DNA of 41,099 nucleotides, from positions 1 through 41,099 of IMG/VR virus record IMGVR_UViG_3300024331_000005; one strand, written 5' to 3'. This DNA is from a virus. Its lineage: Duplodnaviria; Caudoviricetes. The position numbers were made by a program, and so were the translations under genes. Below the pieces are notes generated by a model. The model worked only from the letters and a program-made list of their open reading frames with translations, made no database searches and was not told the origin of the DNA. Shown here one piece after another: positions 18,860 through 27,154 of the stretch (within the stretch, counting starts at the first letter, position 1; each line of letters starts with the position of its first letter).

Positions 18860-19011
18860 GATTTTTTCTTCGGTGCTGTTGGCGTTTGGCCCTTGGCCGC
18901 CCGCTGCACTGCGTACCCAATCGCAATCGCCTGTTTGATAGGCTTCGTTTGCGCCTCGGTCGCAATGTTCTTGGAGCGCGCCGCGTTGCTGACAGATTTG
19001 AGTAATGGCAT
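18856..19011 (-). CDS. Small basic protein MPLLKSVSNAARSKNIATE..KPIKQAIAIGY (51 aa), first late gene
   Basis: Hand-translated, GGAG RBS; resembles the small MPL..S.NI..E..KQA.AI.Y proteins common upstream of terminases. Confidence 0.75.
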   Translation of the reverse strand: MPLLKSVSNAARSKNIATEAQTKPIKQAIAIGYAVQRAAKGQTPTAPKKKS

Positions 19012-19025
19012 AGCAGCTCCGGAAT

Positions 19026-19063
19026 AAAAAAATCCCCGGTCGCTGTGAGCGTTACCGGGGATT
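19026..19063 (-). terminator. Terminator in the late leader (tR'-like)
   Basis: AATCCCCGGT...ACCGGGGATT stem followed by a T-tract on the minus strand. Confidence 0.8.
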
Positions 19064-19207
19064 AGGAGGGGGAAAAGCCATCCCGAGGAGGCGGGATGAT
19101 TGGCGGGGAGAAGTCGCCAATTCTGGAGTGCAATGCGAAAATCAGAGACGCCGCGACCTAAAAAGGTTAACTCTCAGGGCAATCCCGTTGAGCGCAGCGC
19201 CGAATTA
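19026..19207 (-). ncRNA. Putative structured late-leader RNA with CU-rich loops
   Basis: Multibranch stem, then hairpins with loops ACUUCUCCC and CCUCCU, then the terminator. Confidence 0.45.
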
Positions 19208-19213
19208 GACGCG

Positions 19214-19242
19214 AAAATATAGCAAGTCGCGTACCTTGTCAA
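19214..19242 (-). promoter_or_regulatory. Late promoter (pR'-like)
   Basis: TTGACA-17 nt-TATTTT, downstream of the Q-like gene and upstream of a terminator and the late operon. Confidence 0.7.
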
Positions 19243-19430
19243 GCATGTATTTCGGTAATCGTTTTAATGATATTGGCATTAATCCACACGGATCGCCCAT
19301 AAGCCGTGATTTTTATCATCGGCATATCGACTGCATCAATGTTGACCCATGCGGGACAACCTTCAATCGGCCATTCGGATGATGGAAGATTGAAAATTAT
19401 TACCGCCTGTTTGCCAACCAATTCCTTCAC
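19239..19430 (-). CDS. Hypothetical protein
   Basis: GTGA coupling and GGAGG RBS. Confidence 0.6.
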   Translation of the reverse strand: MKELVGKQAVIIFNLPSSEWPIEGCPAWVNIDAVDMPMIKITAYGRSVWINANIIKTITEIHA

Positions 19431-19915
19431 GCCACCTCCGCCGTTACCCTAACGTCATACGCCATCGGCATACAATACGCTACCCGCCTAGCCCAATCAT
19501 ACGCCCCATCAAGAAGCAGCAAGCAGTGCGCGTATCCGGGCAAATCACTCGCATGGGGCCGCAGCTTCGATCCATTGCACGTAGGACAGGCGGCATCCTC
19601 AAGCGTCGGCGTGTCGGGCAGTTTCAAGTGGCCCAATCCGCTGCAATCGGGGCATACGCTCGACAACCACCAGAGAAGCGCCAGTGCGGATGTATTCTGC
19701 TCCAATCGGAATCGTTTGCCTGCGCGTTTATCCAGAATGCCAGTTAAAGCTCCTACGCACGGCCATAGCGCCTGTTGGTCGCCTGCGTCGTAGCGTGCGA
19801 GGGTTGTGATAGCCAAACCGGGCAGCGGGTCTTTGTGACTGGCGTAGGCAGAGGCGATCAGTAACGTGCGGTCAATGTGCGTTGCGCCGACTGAAGATAG
19901 TAAACGCTCAAGCAT
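19427..19915 (-). CDS. Late antiterminator Q-like zinc-finger protein
   Basis: CPDCSGLG...CPTCNG; last substantial gene before the late promoter. Confidence 0.65.
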   Translation of the reverse strand: MLERLLSSVGATHIDRTLLIASAYASHKDPLPGLAITTLARYDAGDQQALWPCVGALTGILDKRAGKRFRLEQNTSALALLWWLSSVCPDCSGLGHLKLPDTPTLEDAACPTCNGSKLRPHASDLPGYAHCLLLLDGAYDWARRVAYCMPMAYDVRVTAEVA

Positions 19916-20069
19916 GGCGCGAAGGCTTGATATAGTCGGTTGCGAATCTCCCGAGACATATTTTGATAATATCTCCAGAGTTATTCGACGCAAGAATCTT
20001 ACGATACCTCTGCATAGCCAAAAAGTATTTTATGTTGCTTACCTTACGCGGATTCGGTCGCATCAGCAT
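19908..20069 (-). CDS. Small basic hypothetical protein
   Basis: Hand-read (ML)MRPNPRKVSNIKYF...PSRHA*; fills the gap and overlaps both neighbours. Confidence 0.4.
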   Translation of the reverse strand: MLMRPNPRKVSNIKYFLAMQRYRKILASNNSGDIIKICLGRFATDYIKPSRHA

Positions 20070-20159
20070 GGCACCAACTCATATCTGCCATTCACGCACC
20101 ACATATTCCAGGCGCAGTGTGTGTCCTGACTTTCTAGGCCGTAGATTAGGCCGATGGCG

Positions 20160-21599
20160 TTAGTGAGCGCATTCAGTCTCATAAATCCCCCAAACCACAT
20201 CCGCAATCGCGTCCTGTCTTTCCCCGAAAAACTCCGCCTGCATCTGTTTCGCGCTCGGCATTTCCGGCATCCAGTGCGGGTGCTTGAGCAGCGTAACCAC
20301 GTTTTCGACGTATTCGCTCACCGTCTGCGCGATCAGGAATTCTTCTGGCATGCCGAAGCGCCGGATACGCATGGCAGCGATTCTCCCGGCTGTTTCATTC
20401 CCCTCAAGCGTAACAGTCGGCACGCCGCATAAAAAGCAATCTTGCACGCTGTTCGTGCCGCCGAATGGGAACGTATCGAGCGCGAGCGTACAGGTTGCCA
20501 AGCGGTCAAGGTAGGTCTGGTAATCCGTCTGCGGATGTACCGTAGCGCGCGGAAACCACTTCCGAATCTCGTAATCGACCATCGCATGCTGCAATCCCTG
20601 CTGGTTCGGGAAGAATACGAATTCCACATCGGGCCAGCGTTCGGCGATCTGTTGTAGGGCACGCATGAACGGCGGAATCAGCTTGGCAGCGATGGCTGGA
20701 ATTGCCACGCGGTTTTTCACTGGCTGATGCGCTGGCGGTATGCCGTCATTGCGCCTAATCGACGTAACGCTCCCATCCGGCAGCGCGACAACCTTTTCGG
20801 AATACATTGCGCGGTCGCCAATGAGCGATTCCTCAGTCAGCAGGTAATCAATGCATGGCGACTGCGAGGAGGCCGGATGACCGGGACACATGATCTGGAT
20901 CGGTGCGAGTCGCAGCGTAGACAGCGTAATCGTCCACGATGCCATACCGATGCTCGGGTAAAAAATGATATCCGGCGACTCTGCCAAGATCATCGCGGAT
21001 ATGTCGGCGAACTCCAATTCATCCTGCGGGATGTGCAGGATGCGCTCGAATACCTCAATCGCTAGATTATCGCTCGCGTCGCCGCCGTACATGCCGACCA
21101 GTTCAAAGCGTGTGCGTAACTGCTTAAGCATGGGCGCATAGCAGCGAAACATGCTGTGATTCGTAGAGAACCATTCGAGCGGGACAAGGATTTTCGGGCG
21201 CGCTTTCGGTTCAGCCTTGCGCTCGCACTCCGGCGTGTCCATGCTGGCGATTGCCATATCCCGAAACCACTTGTTCACCGTGCGCTTGATGGCGTGCTTG
21301 TCGGGCGCGTCGGTGTAGGTGCAGTACATGTAGATTTCGCCCGCGTTGCTCACGGCTTCGTGCGGAATGCCGTATTGCGCGAGTTCGGCATGCAGGGCCA
21401 TGAGTCGCAGGCGCTGCTCATACGCCTTGTCGCTGATGACTATGGGATCGCCTAACGCCTTGAGGATAGCGGCGAGTATGACGGCGGGATGCGGGCCGAT
21501 TGGGGCTACTAGCTTATCGTCAGGTGCGGTGCCGTCTGCGCTCATATTCGCCTGTGAAGCAGCGGCCCATGCTACTAGGCCGTAGCATGGAAGGGTCAT
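20160..21599 (-). CDS. HMW1C/NGT-like protein N-glycosyltransferase (CAZy GT41)
   Basis: YMYCTY..KH.IKR..N; LEWF...HSMFR; FYPSIGM..L...RLAPIQ...GHP.S..S..IDY; AAKLIP.F; Y..YL..L..C...L..FPFGGTN...D. These motifs are collinear with HMW1C/ApNGT. Confidence 0.9.
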   Translation of the reverse strand: MTLPCYGLVAWAAASQANMSADGTAPDDKLVAPIGPHPAVILAAILKALGDPIVISDKAYEQRLRLMALHAELAQYGIPHEAVSNAGEIYMYCTYTDAPDKHAIKRTVNKWFRDMAIASMDTPECERKAEPKARPKILVPLEWFSTNHSMFRCYAPMLKQLRTRFELVGMYGGDASDNLAIEVFERILHIPQDELEFADISAMILAESPDIIFYPSIGMASWTITLSTLRLAPIQIMCPGHPASSQSPCIDYLLTEESLIGDRAMYSEKVVALPDGSVTSIRRNDGIPPAHQPVKNRVAIPAIAAKLIPPFMRALQQIAERWPDVEFVFFPNQQGLQHAMVDYEIRKWFPRATVHPQTDYQTYLDRLATCTLALDTFPFGGTNSVQDCFLCGVPTVTLEGNETAGRIAAMRIRRFGMPEEFLIAQTVSEYVENVVTLLKHPHWMPEMPSAKQMQAEFFGERQDAIADVVWGIYETECAH

Positions 21600-21940
21600 T
21601 CTTTGTCGGGAGGCGAACCAATAGCCTCGTAAATCTCGATATCGCTATACCACCCAAACGCCAGTAAGCATCCGGACAAGTACCAGCGCAGATAAGCCTT
21701 ATCAAATCTCATTACGCCTGAAACCACCAATAAGCCAGCGTCGCCAGGTTAGTTACGGTGGCGAGGACGCTTAGCCAGATTGAGAGTTTGTTTAGGTCGG
21801 ACATGCGCTCCCCTAAAGGTTGTTGGCTGGCATCGGTATAGGATCGCAATGCCGAGTCGAACGGCAAAGCCACCAGCAAACCCGCTGAATCCCTCGCGCT
21901 ACCTTGCGCAGCCAGCCAACACGCGCAAGTCTAATCACCC
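21596..21940 (-). CDS. Three tiny tandem ORFs (~41, 30 and 38 aa), two of them hydrophobic
   Basis: Hand-read MIRLARVGW..., MSDLNKLSIWLSVLATVTNLATLAYWWFQA and MRFDKAYLRWYLSGCLLAFGWY...; closely spaced or start/stop-coupled into the NGT gene. Confidence 0.4.
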
Positions 21941-21952
21941 CGCGCGCCCGAG

Positions 21953-22180
21953 TCAAGGAGCTTTGTAGTGGGCGCGGATGGCGTCCCTACATTCACGGGC
22001 CAATGACCTACCGGCGTCACTAGCAGCCTTGCGACTGACCGAATCGCACATCTTCGCGCAGTCAGCGGCGACCAGGCGGGCGAAGGCTTCGAGCGTGGCA
22101 GTTCCGCCACACGCATAGCCCCACGAATTCTCAATCGTGAATCCCGCCTCCTCCGCCATTCTCCTGAGTTCCGGGGTCAT
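21953..22180 (-). CDS. Hypothetical phage protein
   Basis: MA.EAG..LEAFA.LV...CA..C....A..C...IR pattern; ATGA coupling. Confidence 0.65.
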   Translation of the reverse strand: MTPELRRMAEEAGFTIENSWGYACGGTATLEAFARLVAADCAKMCDSVSRKAASDAGRSLARECRDAIRAHYKAP

Positions 22181-22395
22181 TTGGCGCGCTCCGCAATCTC
22201 TATTTTTATTTCCGGGGAAGGTACTTGAACAGCTTGTAAATATGCAACGCACAAGTCCGCGTATAGCTGGGGTGCGATATTCTCGACGCACAAATGCTTC
22301 ACTTCATTTTGGCGCAGACGGATCAATTCTACTGTAAGTTTACCCAATGCATCTAACTCCGTCTTTGTCAAAATCTCTATTCGATCAGCGCTCAT
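22177..22395 (-). CDS. Hypothetical protein
   Basis: Coupled ORF with GAGG RBS. Confidence 0.55.
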   Translation of the reverse strand: MSADRIEILTKTELDALGKLTVELIRLRQNEVKHLCVENIAPQLYADLCVAYLQAVQVPSPEIKIEIAERAK

Positions 22396-22589
22396 CGCTC
22401 GCTCCTCGATTTATCCATCAAACTCGGCACGCTTCGCCAAAACTCTGCCTCGACCCGATGCACGATCACGCTAGGCGCTGGCACGTAGGGGCGGAAGGGG
22501 AGGCGTTTTAGGTCGGCTGTATCCAGGCTTGGGGTTGGCGGAGTGCTGCCGATGCGGGTGCGGCTGTAAGTGCTGTTGTTAAAGCCCAT
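22392..22589 (-). CDS. Hypothetical protein
   Basis: Coupled ORF with GAGGAG RBS. Confidence 0.55.
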   Translation of the reverse strand: MGFNNSTYSRTRIGSTPPTPSLDTADLKRLPFRPYVPAPSVIVHRVEAEFWRSVPSLMDKSRSER

Positions 22590-22943
22590 TTAGCATATCT
22601 CCTCGATAGTCAATCCGTTTTCCTTACGCCAGTCAGCCCATGATTCGTCCGTCATCTTGAAGAATAGCCATTTGAGCGAGTCGGCCTTTGGCTGATATGG
22701 CGTCTTGAGCCGTGGTGCGCAGCGGTCGCAAAGCTCGGGCAGCCTGTCGTACATGCGCCGATGGTCGCCACAGAAAAACAATCCACATCCTCGATCCCCG
22801 CCATATGCCTCACCGCCGCACACGTAGGCAAGCCCGCGATCAATCTCAACGTCACACCCAGGCTGATCGCATATCGCTGGCACGCCGTAGCCAATGTCCC
22901 TCTTCCACTTTTCATCCCACCCGATAGACCACCCCATAATCAC
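22590..22943 (-). CDS. Cys-rich conserved phage protein
   Basis: RDIGYGVPA.CD.P.C...IDRGL.YVCGG...GCGL.FC..H. Confidence 0.75.
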   Translation of the reverse strand: MIMGWSIGWDEKWKRDIGYGVPAICDQPGCDVEIDRGLAYVCGGEAYGGDRGCGLFFCGDHRRMYDRLPELCDRCAPRLKTPYQPKADSLKWLFFKMTDESWADWRKENGLTIEEIC

Positions 22944-23389
22944 CCCTCCTTGCTTAAGCTGCGGTTGGCTAGGCAGTGGAAGCGCAACGCGCGAGCATCT
23001 TCAAGAGCATTGTGCGGCAACAGCGAAACGCTATCAACCCGTAGCACTTCCATCGTTAGCGGCGGCGTATTCAGGCGCATGCCAGGACCGGTAATCAGCA
23101 TGGCGCAGAATCGCTCGATATCCTCCGGCCAGTCCGCAATGATGTGGATCGAGTCAAATCCCATCAGAAACCATTGCAGGTAGGTCCGCATGGCCTCCAG
23201 CGTTGTAGCGCGCTGATTAAGCACCGGGATTACATGCTCTATCACCCAAGGATCAGGGTTATCGCAAGGCAGCACCTGATAAAACTCGCGCCCATCGTCC
23301 GCCACAAGTGCCATTGAAATCAGATCGCCGCCAAAACTATTCCACTCGCAGTCTATGTAAATATCCATCCTAACCTCCTGATTTATCAA
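22940..23389 (-). CDS. DEDDh 3'-5' exonuclease (Rv2179c-like)
   Basis: YIDCE..LISMALV..ADWPED..HNALEDA. Confidence 0.85.
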   Translation of the reverse strand: MINQEVRMDIYIDCEWNSFGGDLISMALVADDGREFYQVLPCDNPDPWVIEHVIPVLNQRATTLEAMRTYLQWFLMGFDSIHIIADWPEDIERFCAMLITGPGMRLNTPPLTMEVLRVDSVSLLPHNALEDARALRFHCLANRSLSKEG

Positions 23390-23594
23390 CAGTCTTCCGA
23401 TTAACCCGCCACCTCTTGTCCACCTGCACCACCAGCCCGTCCACTGCCAGGGCGATCAGGGCGCGGTGGACGCGGCGGGTGTCGAGCGTTTTCGACGTCG
23501 CGCTACGCCAGTCCAAAGCATCCGCAATCAGGCGCACACTTAGCCCATTTTGCCAAGTCTCCAAAACATGCAACACTTTTGACCCGTCATGCAT
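23370..23594 (-). CDS. Small winged-helix-like protein
   Basis: LSVR.IA.AL...V.RAL..L...GLV.Q...W pattern. Confidence 0.55.
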   Translation of the reverse strand: MHDGSKVLHVLETWQNGLSVRLIADALDWRSATSKTLDTRRVHRALIALAVDGLVVQVDKRWRVNRKTVDKSGG

Positions 23595-23604
23595 GCCATT
23601 GTCC

Positions 23605-23765
23605 TAAATGTAACCTGTGTACCGTCGTAACCCCGATTCTGGCAAAACTCTATATACAGCATGCTAATAGCGTCTAATACTGTGTGTATATAATATACGG
23701 GTTACATAGGTTACATAGGTTACTATACTCTAAGAGGCGAGTTTTCCGATGAGTTACTTGTAACC
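23605..23765. promoter_or_regulatory. Putative replication origin with GGTTAC/GTAACC iterons around an AT-rich core
   Basis: GTAACC at 23610 and 23627; GGTTAC at 23700, 23709 and 23718 (9-nt period); GTAACC at 23760; directly after the VapE gene. Confidence 0.7.
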
Positions 23766-25006
23766 TATAGAACCTGTTTCATCCATCCTTTAGTAGGAAT
23801 TCCTTCTATACGAACGGTGCCCTTATCCCATCCAAGTGCCCTCAGTGCCCGTCCAACCCGCTTTTGTAACCTTTGATCGTGCTGTCCAATCTCAATCTGG
23901 AGACACTCTTTTAGCACTTCGGTAATAGTCACTTTATCCCGGCCTCGAGCAGTCAGCCAATCATTGATCAGCGGCTCCCATGAATCAACATCGCGGCGTG
24001 CATTGGTTTCCCGTTCCTGATCCTCAGTATTCACATCCCACCAGCAAACGCCGAGTTTGTACAGGTGAACAGCCTCGGCAAATAACTGGTCGCGGTTATT
24101 CTCAAGCCACTCGAGATTGATGTCTTTGCATAGAATCGGCCAAAACCGGCGTGCGCCCGTGTCATCGTTCTGCCAATCATCCCGATTTGTAGTGCAAGCC
24201 AGCACGGTCTTGCGAGGATGATCCTGCGTGTTCCTGCCATAAGAACTGCGGTAGCGGTCAACGCGGCAGGAAATAATGCCCTTTACCCGATCTACTTCGG
24301 CCTTCTTGAAACTGTGCATTTCGGATATTTCGACCAGCATGTAGCCGTCCAAAACGCCGTAGAAGTCCTTTGTAAGTACGCTCTCATGGCATTCTGTGAA
24401 CCATTTCCCGCCAATGATTCCTAGAGCGGTAGACTTGCCCTTACCCTGCTTACCCTCGAGTACTGGCACGGTATCCACCTTGCAACCAGGATTGAGAACT
24501 CGAGCAACCATGCTGATGAACCAACAGCGGCCAACATCGGAGCTATAGGTGCAGGGATCGGCCCCAAACGCCTCCGCCATGACGTAATTAAGACGCTGCT
24601 GCGTGTCCCAAACTCGAGAGCATAAATACTCTTTGCACTCGTTTTTTATGTTCCGGAAAGCGGCTAATTTAACGGCTGCATGTGCCATTTGCTCTGTTAC
24701 TTTGGACAAGCCAATAGAGCGCTGCATGTAAAGTTGTAGATTGGTATCGTCTACATCAATCCATTTGCGGGCATCGCCGTGCCATGTAGTAATGATTGAA
24801 TCCACAAATTCGTCATACCAAATCTTACCTACGAATTCCGGATCATTCTCAAGTACACGCACCACATTATCCAGATTGCATAATGGGCTTTTCCCGCTGT
24901 ACTCGAGCACAGAGCGCCAGTTAACAGCAATTTGTATGCCTGTGTCATCAGACGGCACTTCGTCTAACGCCGGGTGTCCCGGCGGCGGTTCTTGCATGTC
25001 TGTCAT
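23765..25006 (-). CDS. VapE/VirE-family P-loop ATPase (SF3-like replicative helicase)
   Basis: PGCK.D..PVLEG.QG.GKST, VE.SE, D.YR..YG....HPR..V...TTN....D.TG.RRFWP. Confidence 0.9.
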   Translation of the reverse strand: MTDMQEPPPGHPALDEVPSDDTGIQIAVNWRSVLEYSGKSPLCNLDNVVRVLENDPEFVGKIWYDEFVDSIITTWHGDARKWIDVDDTNLQLYMQRSIGLSKVTEQMAHAAVKLAAFRNIKNECKEYLCSRVWDTQQRLNYVMAEAFGADPCTYSSDVGRCWFISMVARVLNPGCKVDTVPVLEGKQGKGKSTALGIIGGKWFTECHESVLTKDFYGVLDGYMLVEISEMHSFKKAEVDRVKGIISCRVDRYRSSYGRNTQDHPRKTVLACTTNRDDWQNDDTGARRFWPILCKDINLEWLENNRDQLFAEAVHLYKLGVCWWDVNTEDQERETNARRDVDSWEPLINDWLTARGRDKVTITEVLKECLQIEIGQHDQRLQKRVGRALRALGWDKGTVRIEGIPTKGWMKQVL

Positions 25007-25179
25007 TTCTTAGGTTGGGCGGGACGGCCCCGGCCTCGAGCAGCGGGGCGTACCTCTAGGGACTGGAGAATCCAGGCGCGGCCATGCTTGATTGCAAACA
25101 TGCGGCCCTGCCCAATCAGGCGGCAAACATATTGCTCTGAAAATTTAAGTTTCTTTGCCGCTTGCTTCACGGTGAGCAT
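25003..25179 (-). CDS. Excisionase-like HTH DNA-binding protein with AT-hook (58 aa)
   Basis: Hand-translated MLTVKQAAKKLKFSEQYVCRLIGQGRMFAIKHGRAWIL...RGRGRP; coupled to both neighbours; absent from the ORF track. Confidence 0.8.
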   Translation of the reverse strand: MLTVKQAAKKLKFSEQYVCRLIGQGRMFAIKHGRAWILQSLEVRPAARGRGRPAQPKK

Positions 25180-25418
25180 TAGGTGTAGTCCACCATCGCA
25201 TCAGCCATTTTTACGGCATTTTTGACAACACGCTCAGCGTCAAAATCAACCCTACCGCTCGAGTCTCCGCAGGCGGAAATTATCGCCGCCGCCATTCTTA
25301 TGACAACGTATTCATATTTTGACAATCCTTCATGGTACGGATCAAGCGTATCCCCATCCCCAAAAAACTTTGGATCAACAGGAAATGCGGGAGAATCAGG
25401 TTCTAAAAGCATTATCAA
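25179..25418 (-). CDS. Hypothetical phage protein
   Basis: PAFP...GLSK.EY....AA...A..A...ADAM pattern; AAGGAGG RBS. Confidence 0.7.
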   Translation of the reverse strand: MIMLLEPDSPAFPVDPKFFGDGDTLDPYHEGLSKYEYVVIRMAAAIISACGDSSGRVDFDAERVVKNAVKMADAMVDYT

Positions 25419-25435
25419 TTCCTCCTTGAGCCATC

Positions 25436-25499
25436 ATTATACTTATTTGGTTTGAATACGCAACTATTTCTTGACACGCTCCCCGCCCTCTGCAATACT
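25436..25499. promoter_or_regulatory. Divergent sigma70-type promoter pair
   Basis: Minus: TTGCGT-16-TATAAT (25463->25436). Plus: TTGACA(25471)-17-AATACT(25494). Confidence 0.65.
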
Positions 25500-25505
25500 T
25501 GGGGC

Positions 25506-25660
25506 GTAGTGATGCAAGTGACGATTCGAGGCAGGCCCCTGAGCAATAAACCATCGTCTAGTGTGGGGAGCGCTTGCATTCACTACGGTAGTGTTGTTGG
25601 ATGTGGGGCGCGGAGGTCGCGCGTTGCCGATGGGATGGGGTTCGATTCCCCTACTGCGGC
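25506..25660 (+). ncRNA. Putative structured RNA: long stem-loop plus degenerate tRNA-like element
   Basis: GTAGTGATGCAAGTG (25506-20) pairs with CGCTTGCATTCACTAC (25571-86); T-arm GGGG-TTCGATT-CCCC at 25637-51. Confidence 0.45.
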
Positions 25661-25770
25661 GGATCGTTACCGAGTGGGTAGGACCATTCGGCAAACGCCA
25701 GAAATGGTGCCCACTTCCAACAGCATTCGCACCACGCGCGCCTCGGCGATCCAGGGGCATGGAGAGAAGA

Positions 25771-26091
25771 ATGACGAATCATCCGAATCGCAGCAATACC
25801 CGCAACATTGTTGAAATCGACGGTGAGAAGTTTTTTGAATGGACCGTCAAAATGCGCGTTCATCATTCATGGGTTGCCGATGGTTTTAACCTTACGGCAG
25901 AGCGCGCACACAACATGCTGACTAACGACTTGCAAGGCGGCTACACGCATGAAATGCAGGCGGAAATCATCAGCGCGCCGAGCGACGTTCAAATATTGAA
26001 AGAGCAGGGCTACACGCGCGGCAATGGGCAATATGCCTGCGAATTGCAGACGATGAAGCAAGAGCCGAAGATTTATCCGGCTACCGAGTAA
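25771..26091 (+). CDS. Hypothetical protein (MTNHPNRS...)
   Basis: GGAG RBS before ATG 25771. Confidence 0.7.
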   Translation: MTNHPNRSNTRNIVEIDGEKFFEWTVKMRVHHSWVADGFNLTAERAHNMLTNDLQGGYTHEMQAEIISAPSDVQILKEQGYTRGNGQYACELQTMKQEPKIYPATE

Positions 26092-26126
26092 AGAACCGGG
26101 CGGCTCACACAGCGCCCTAACCCAAA

Positions 26127-26447
26127 GCGCACGGGCGCTCAATGAAGGAGATAGCATGGCGATAGAAATATTAGATCGAAAGGAAGCGGTCGCAAATTTG
26201 AATTTTGAACGAACATGCTCTGGTTGCGATAGCAAAATTCGTTTTCATGCGAGCGATGCGACTGTCAGTTACTGTCTTGGCTATCCCGACACCATCGCCG
26301 TAAAGTGCCCGGTATGCGGCTGCAATTGCGCAGTAGGACTTTCGGCGCAACAACAGGCGGTAATCAATCGTGATTATCCAGAGCGCAAGGATAATAGTCT
26401 TAAGTATCTTAAGTTGCAGTAAGTACCAACCCAGCGCGCACGGGCGC
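26127..26447 (+). repeat. Two copies of GCGCACGGGCGC (26127-38 and 26436-47), each shortly before an RBS
   Basis: Exact 12-mer hairpin repeat, each copy preceded by AACCCA, flanking gene 26156-26422. Confidence 0.6.
26156..26422 (+). CDS. Zinc-ribbon protein
   Basis: CSGC...CPVC; AAGGAG RBS. Confidence 0.7.
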   Translation: MAIEILDRKEAVANLNFERTCSGCDSKIRFHASDATVSYCLGYPDTIAVKCPVCGCNCAVGLSAQQQAVINRDYPERKDNSLKYLKLQ

Positions 26448-26462
26448 GAGAGAGGAGAGAGG

Positions 26463-27140
26463 ATGGCAAGAGATGTGCAGGAACCAGTAGTAACGGAGGA
26501 TAGTTCGCCAATGGGCGGCACGCGCGAGGATCATCCGGCATATGGTCAGATCGCCGCAAGTCGCGTATCGGGCCATGCATACTTGTATGGGTCTGACTTT
26601 GCGCACCAGCATTACATGACCGTGCGAATCAGCCGTAGCCAATTGCATCGTTCGTTGTCGCGCGATTGGCCGTTTAGCCGCGAGGAAGTAATTGAAGTTG
26701 CATTGTCGGAAGCGCAATGGGCGCAATTCGTATCTACGCCAAATAGCGGATCAGGCGCGCAATGCACGATTGAGCATATCAACCGCGTCGGCATTCCTGG
26801 AATTCCCGCTCCAAAGTCACGCCAAGCACAAATCAACCATGAGGCAAACGAAACTCTGCAATCGGCATTGAAGTCTCTTGAAACGTTGCGCGCCGAAATC
26901 GAAGCATTGAAAGTATCCGAAAAACAGCGCAAGACATTGCTTTGGCAATTGGAACTGACAGAGCGCGGTTTCGGATCATCGCTGAAATTTACTGCGGATC
27001 AATTTTCGGAGCATATCGAGAACGTGACGGAACACGCAAAGATTGAGGTCAATGCATACATTCAGAACGCAGTGATGCGCGCTGGACTTGAGTCATTGAG
27101 CGCACCCATTCTTCTCGATGACAAGCCTAGCCACGCTTAA
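26463..27140 (+). CDS. Conserved hypothetical phage protein
   Basis: HPAYG...SRVSG...LYGS..H...IEV.LSEAQWA.FVS..N.G.G..CT; GAGG RBS. Confidence 0.8.
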   Translation: MARDVQEPVVTEDSSPMGGTREDHPAYGQIAASRVSGHAYLYGSDFAHQHYMTVRISRSQLHRSLSRDWPFSREEVIEVALSEAQWAQFVSTPNSGSGAQCTIEHINRVGIPGIPAPKSRQAQINHEANETLQSALKSLETLRAEIEALKVSEKQRKTLLWQLELTERGFGSSLKFTADQFSEHIENVTEHAKIEVNAYIQNAVMRAGLESLSAPILLDDKPSHA

Positions 27141-27154
27141 CGGGAGGAGGGGGA

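Noticed and set aside
21596-21940. Tiny ORFs upstream of the NGT as glycopeptide (RiPP) substrates
   Set aside because: None contains an N-X-S/T sequon or a leader motif.
23700-23723. GGTTACATA tandem repeat as a CRISPR array
   Set aside because: 9-nt period with no spacers and no cas genes; fits origin iterons.
25003-25179. Xis-like protein as evidence of lysogeny
   Set aside because: No integrase or att site is seen, and this HTH family also occurs in replication modules.
25587-25660. Functional tRNA gene
   Set aside because: Only the T-arm is canonical; there is no proper D arm, anticodon arm or CCA. Kept only as a tRNA-like candidate.
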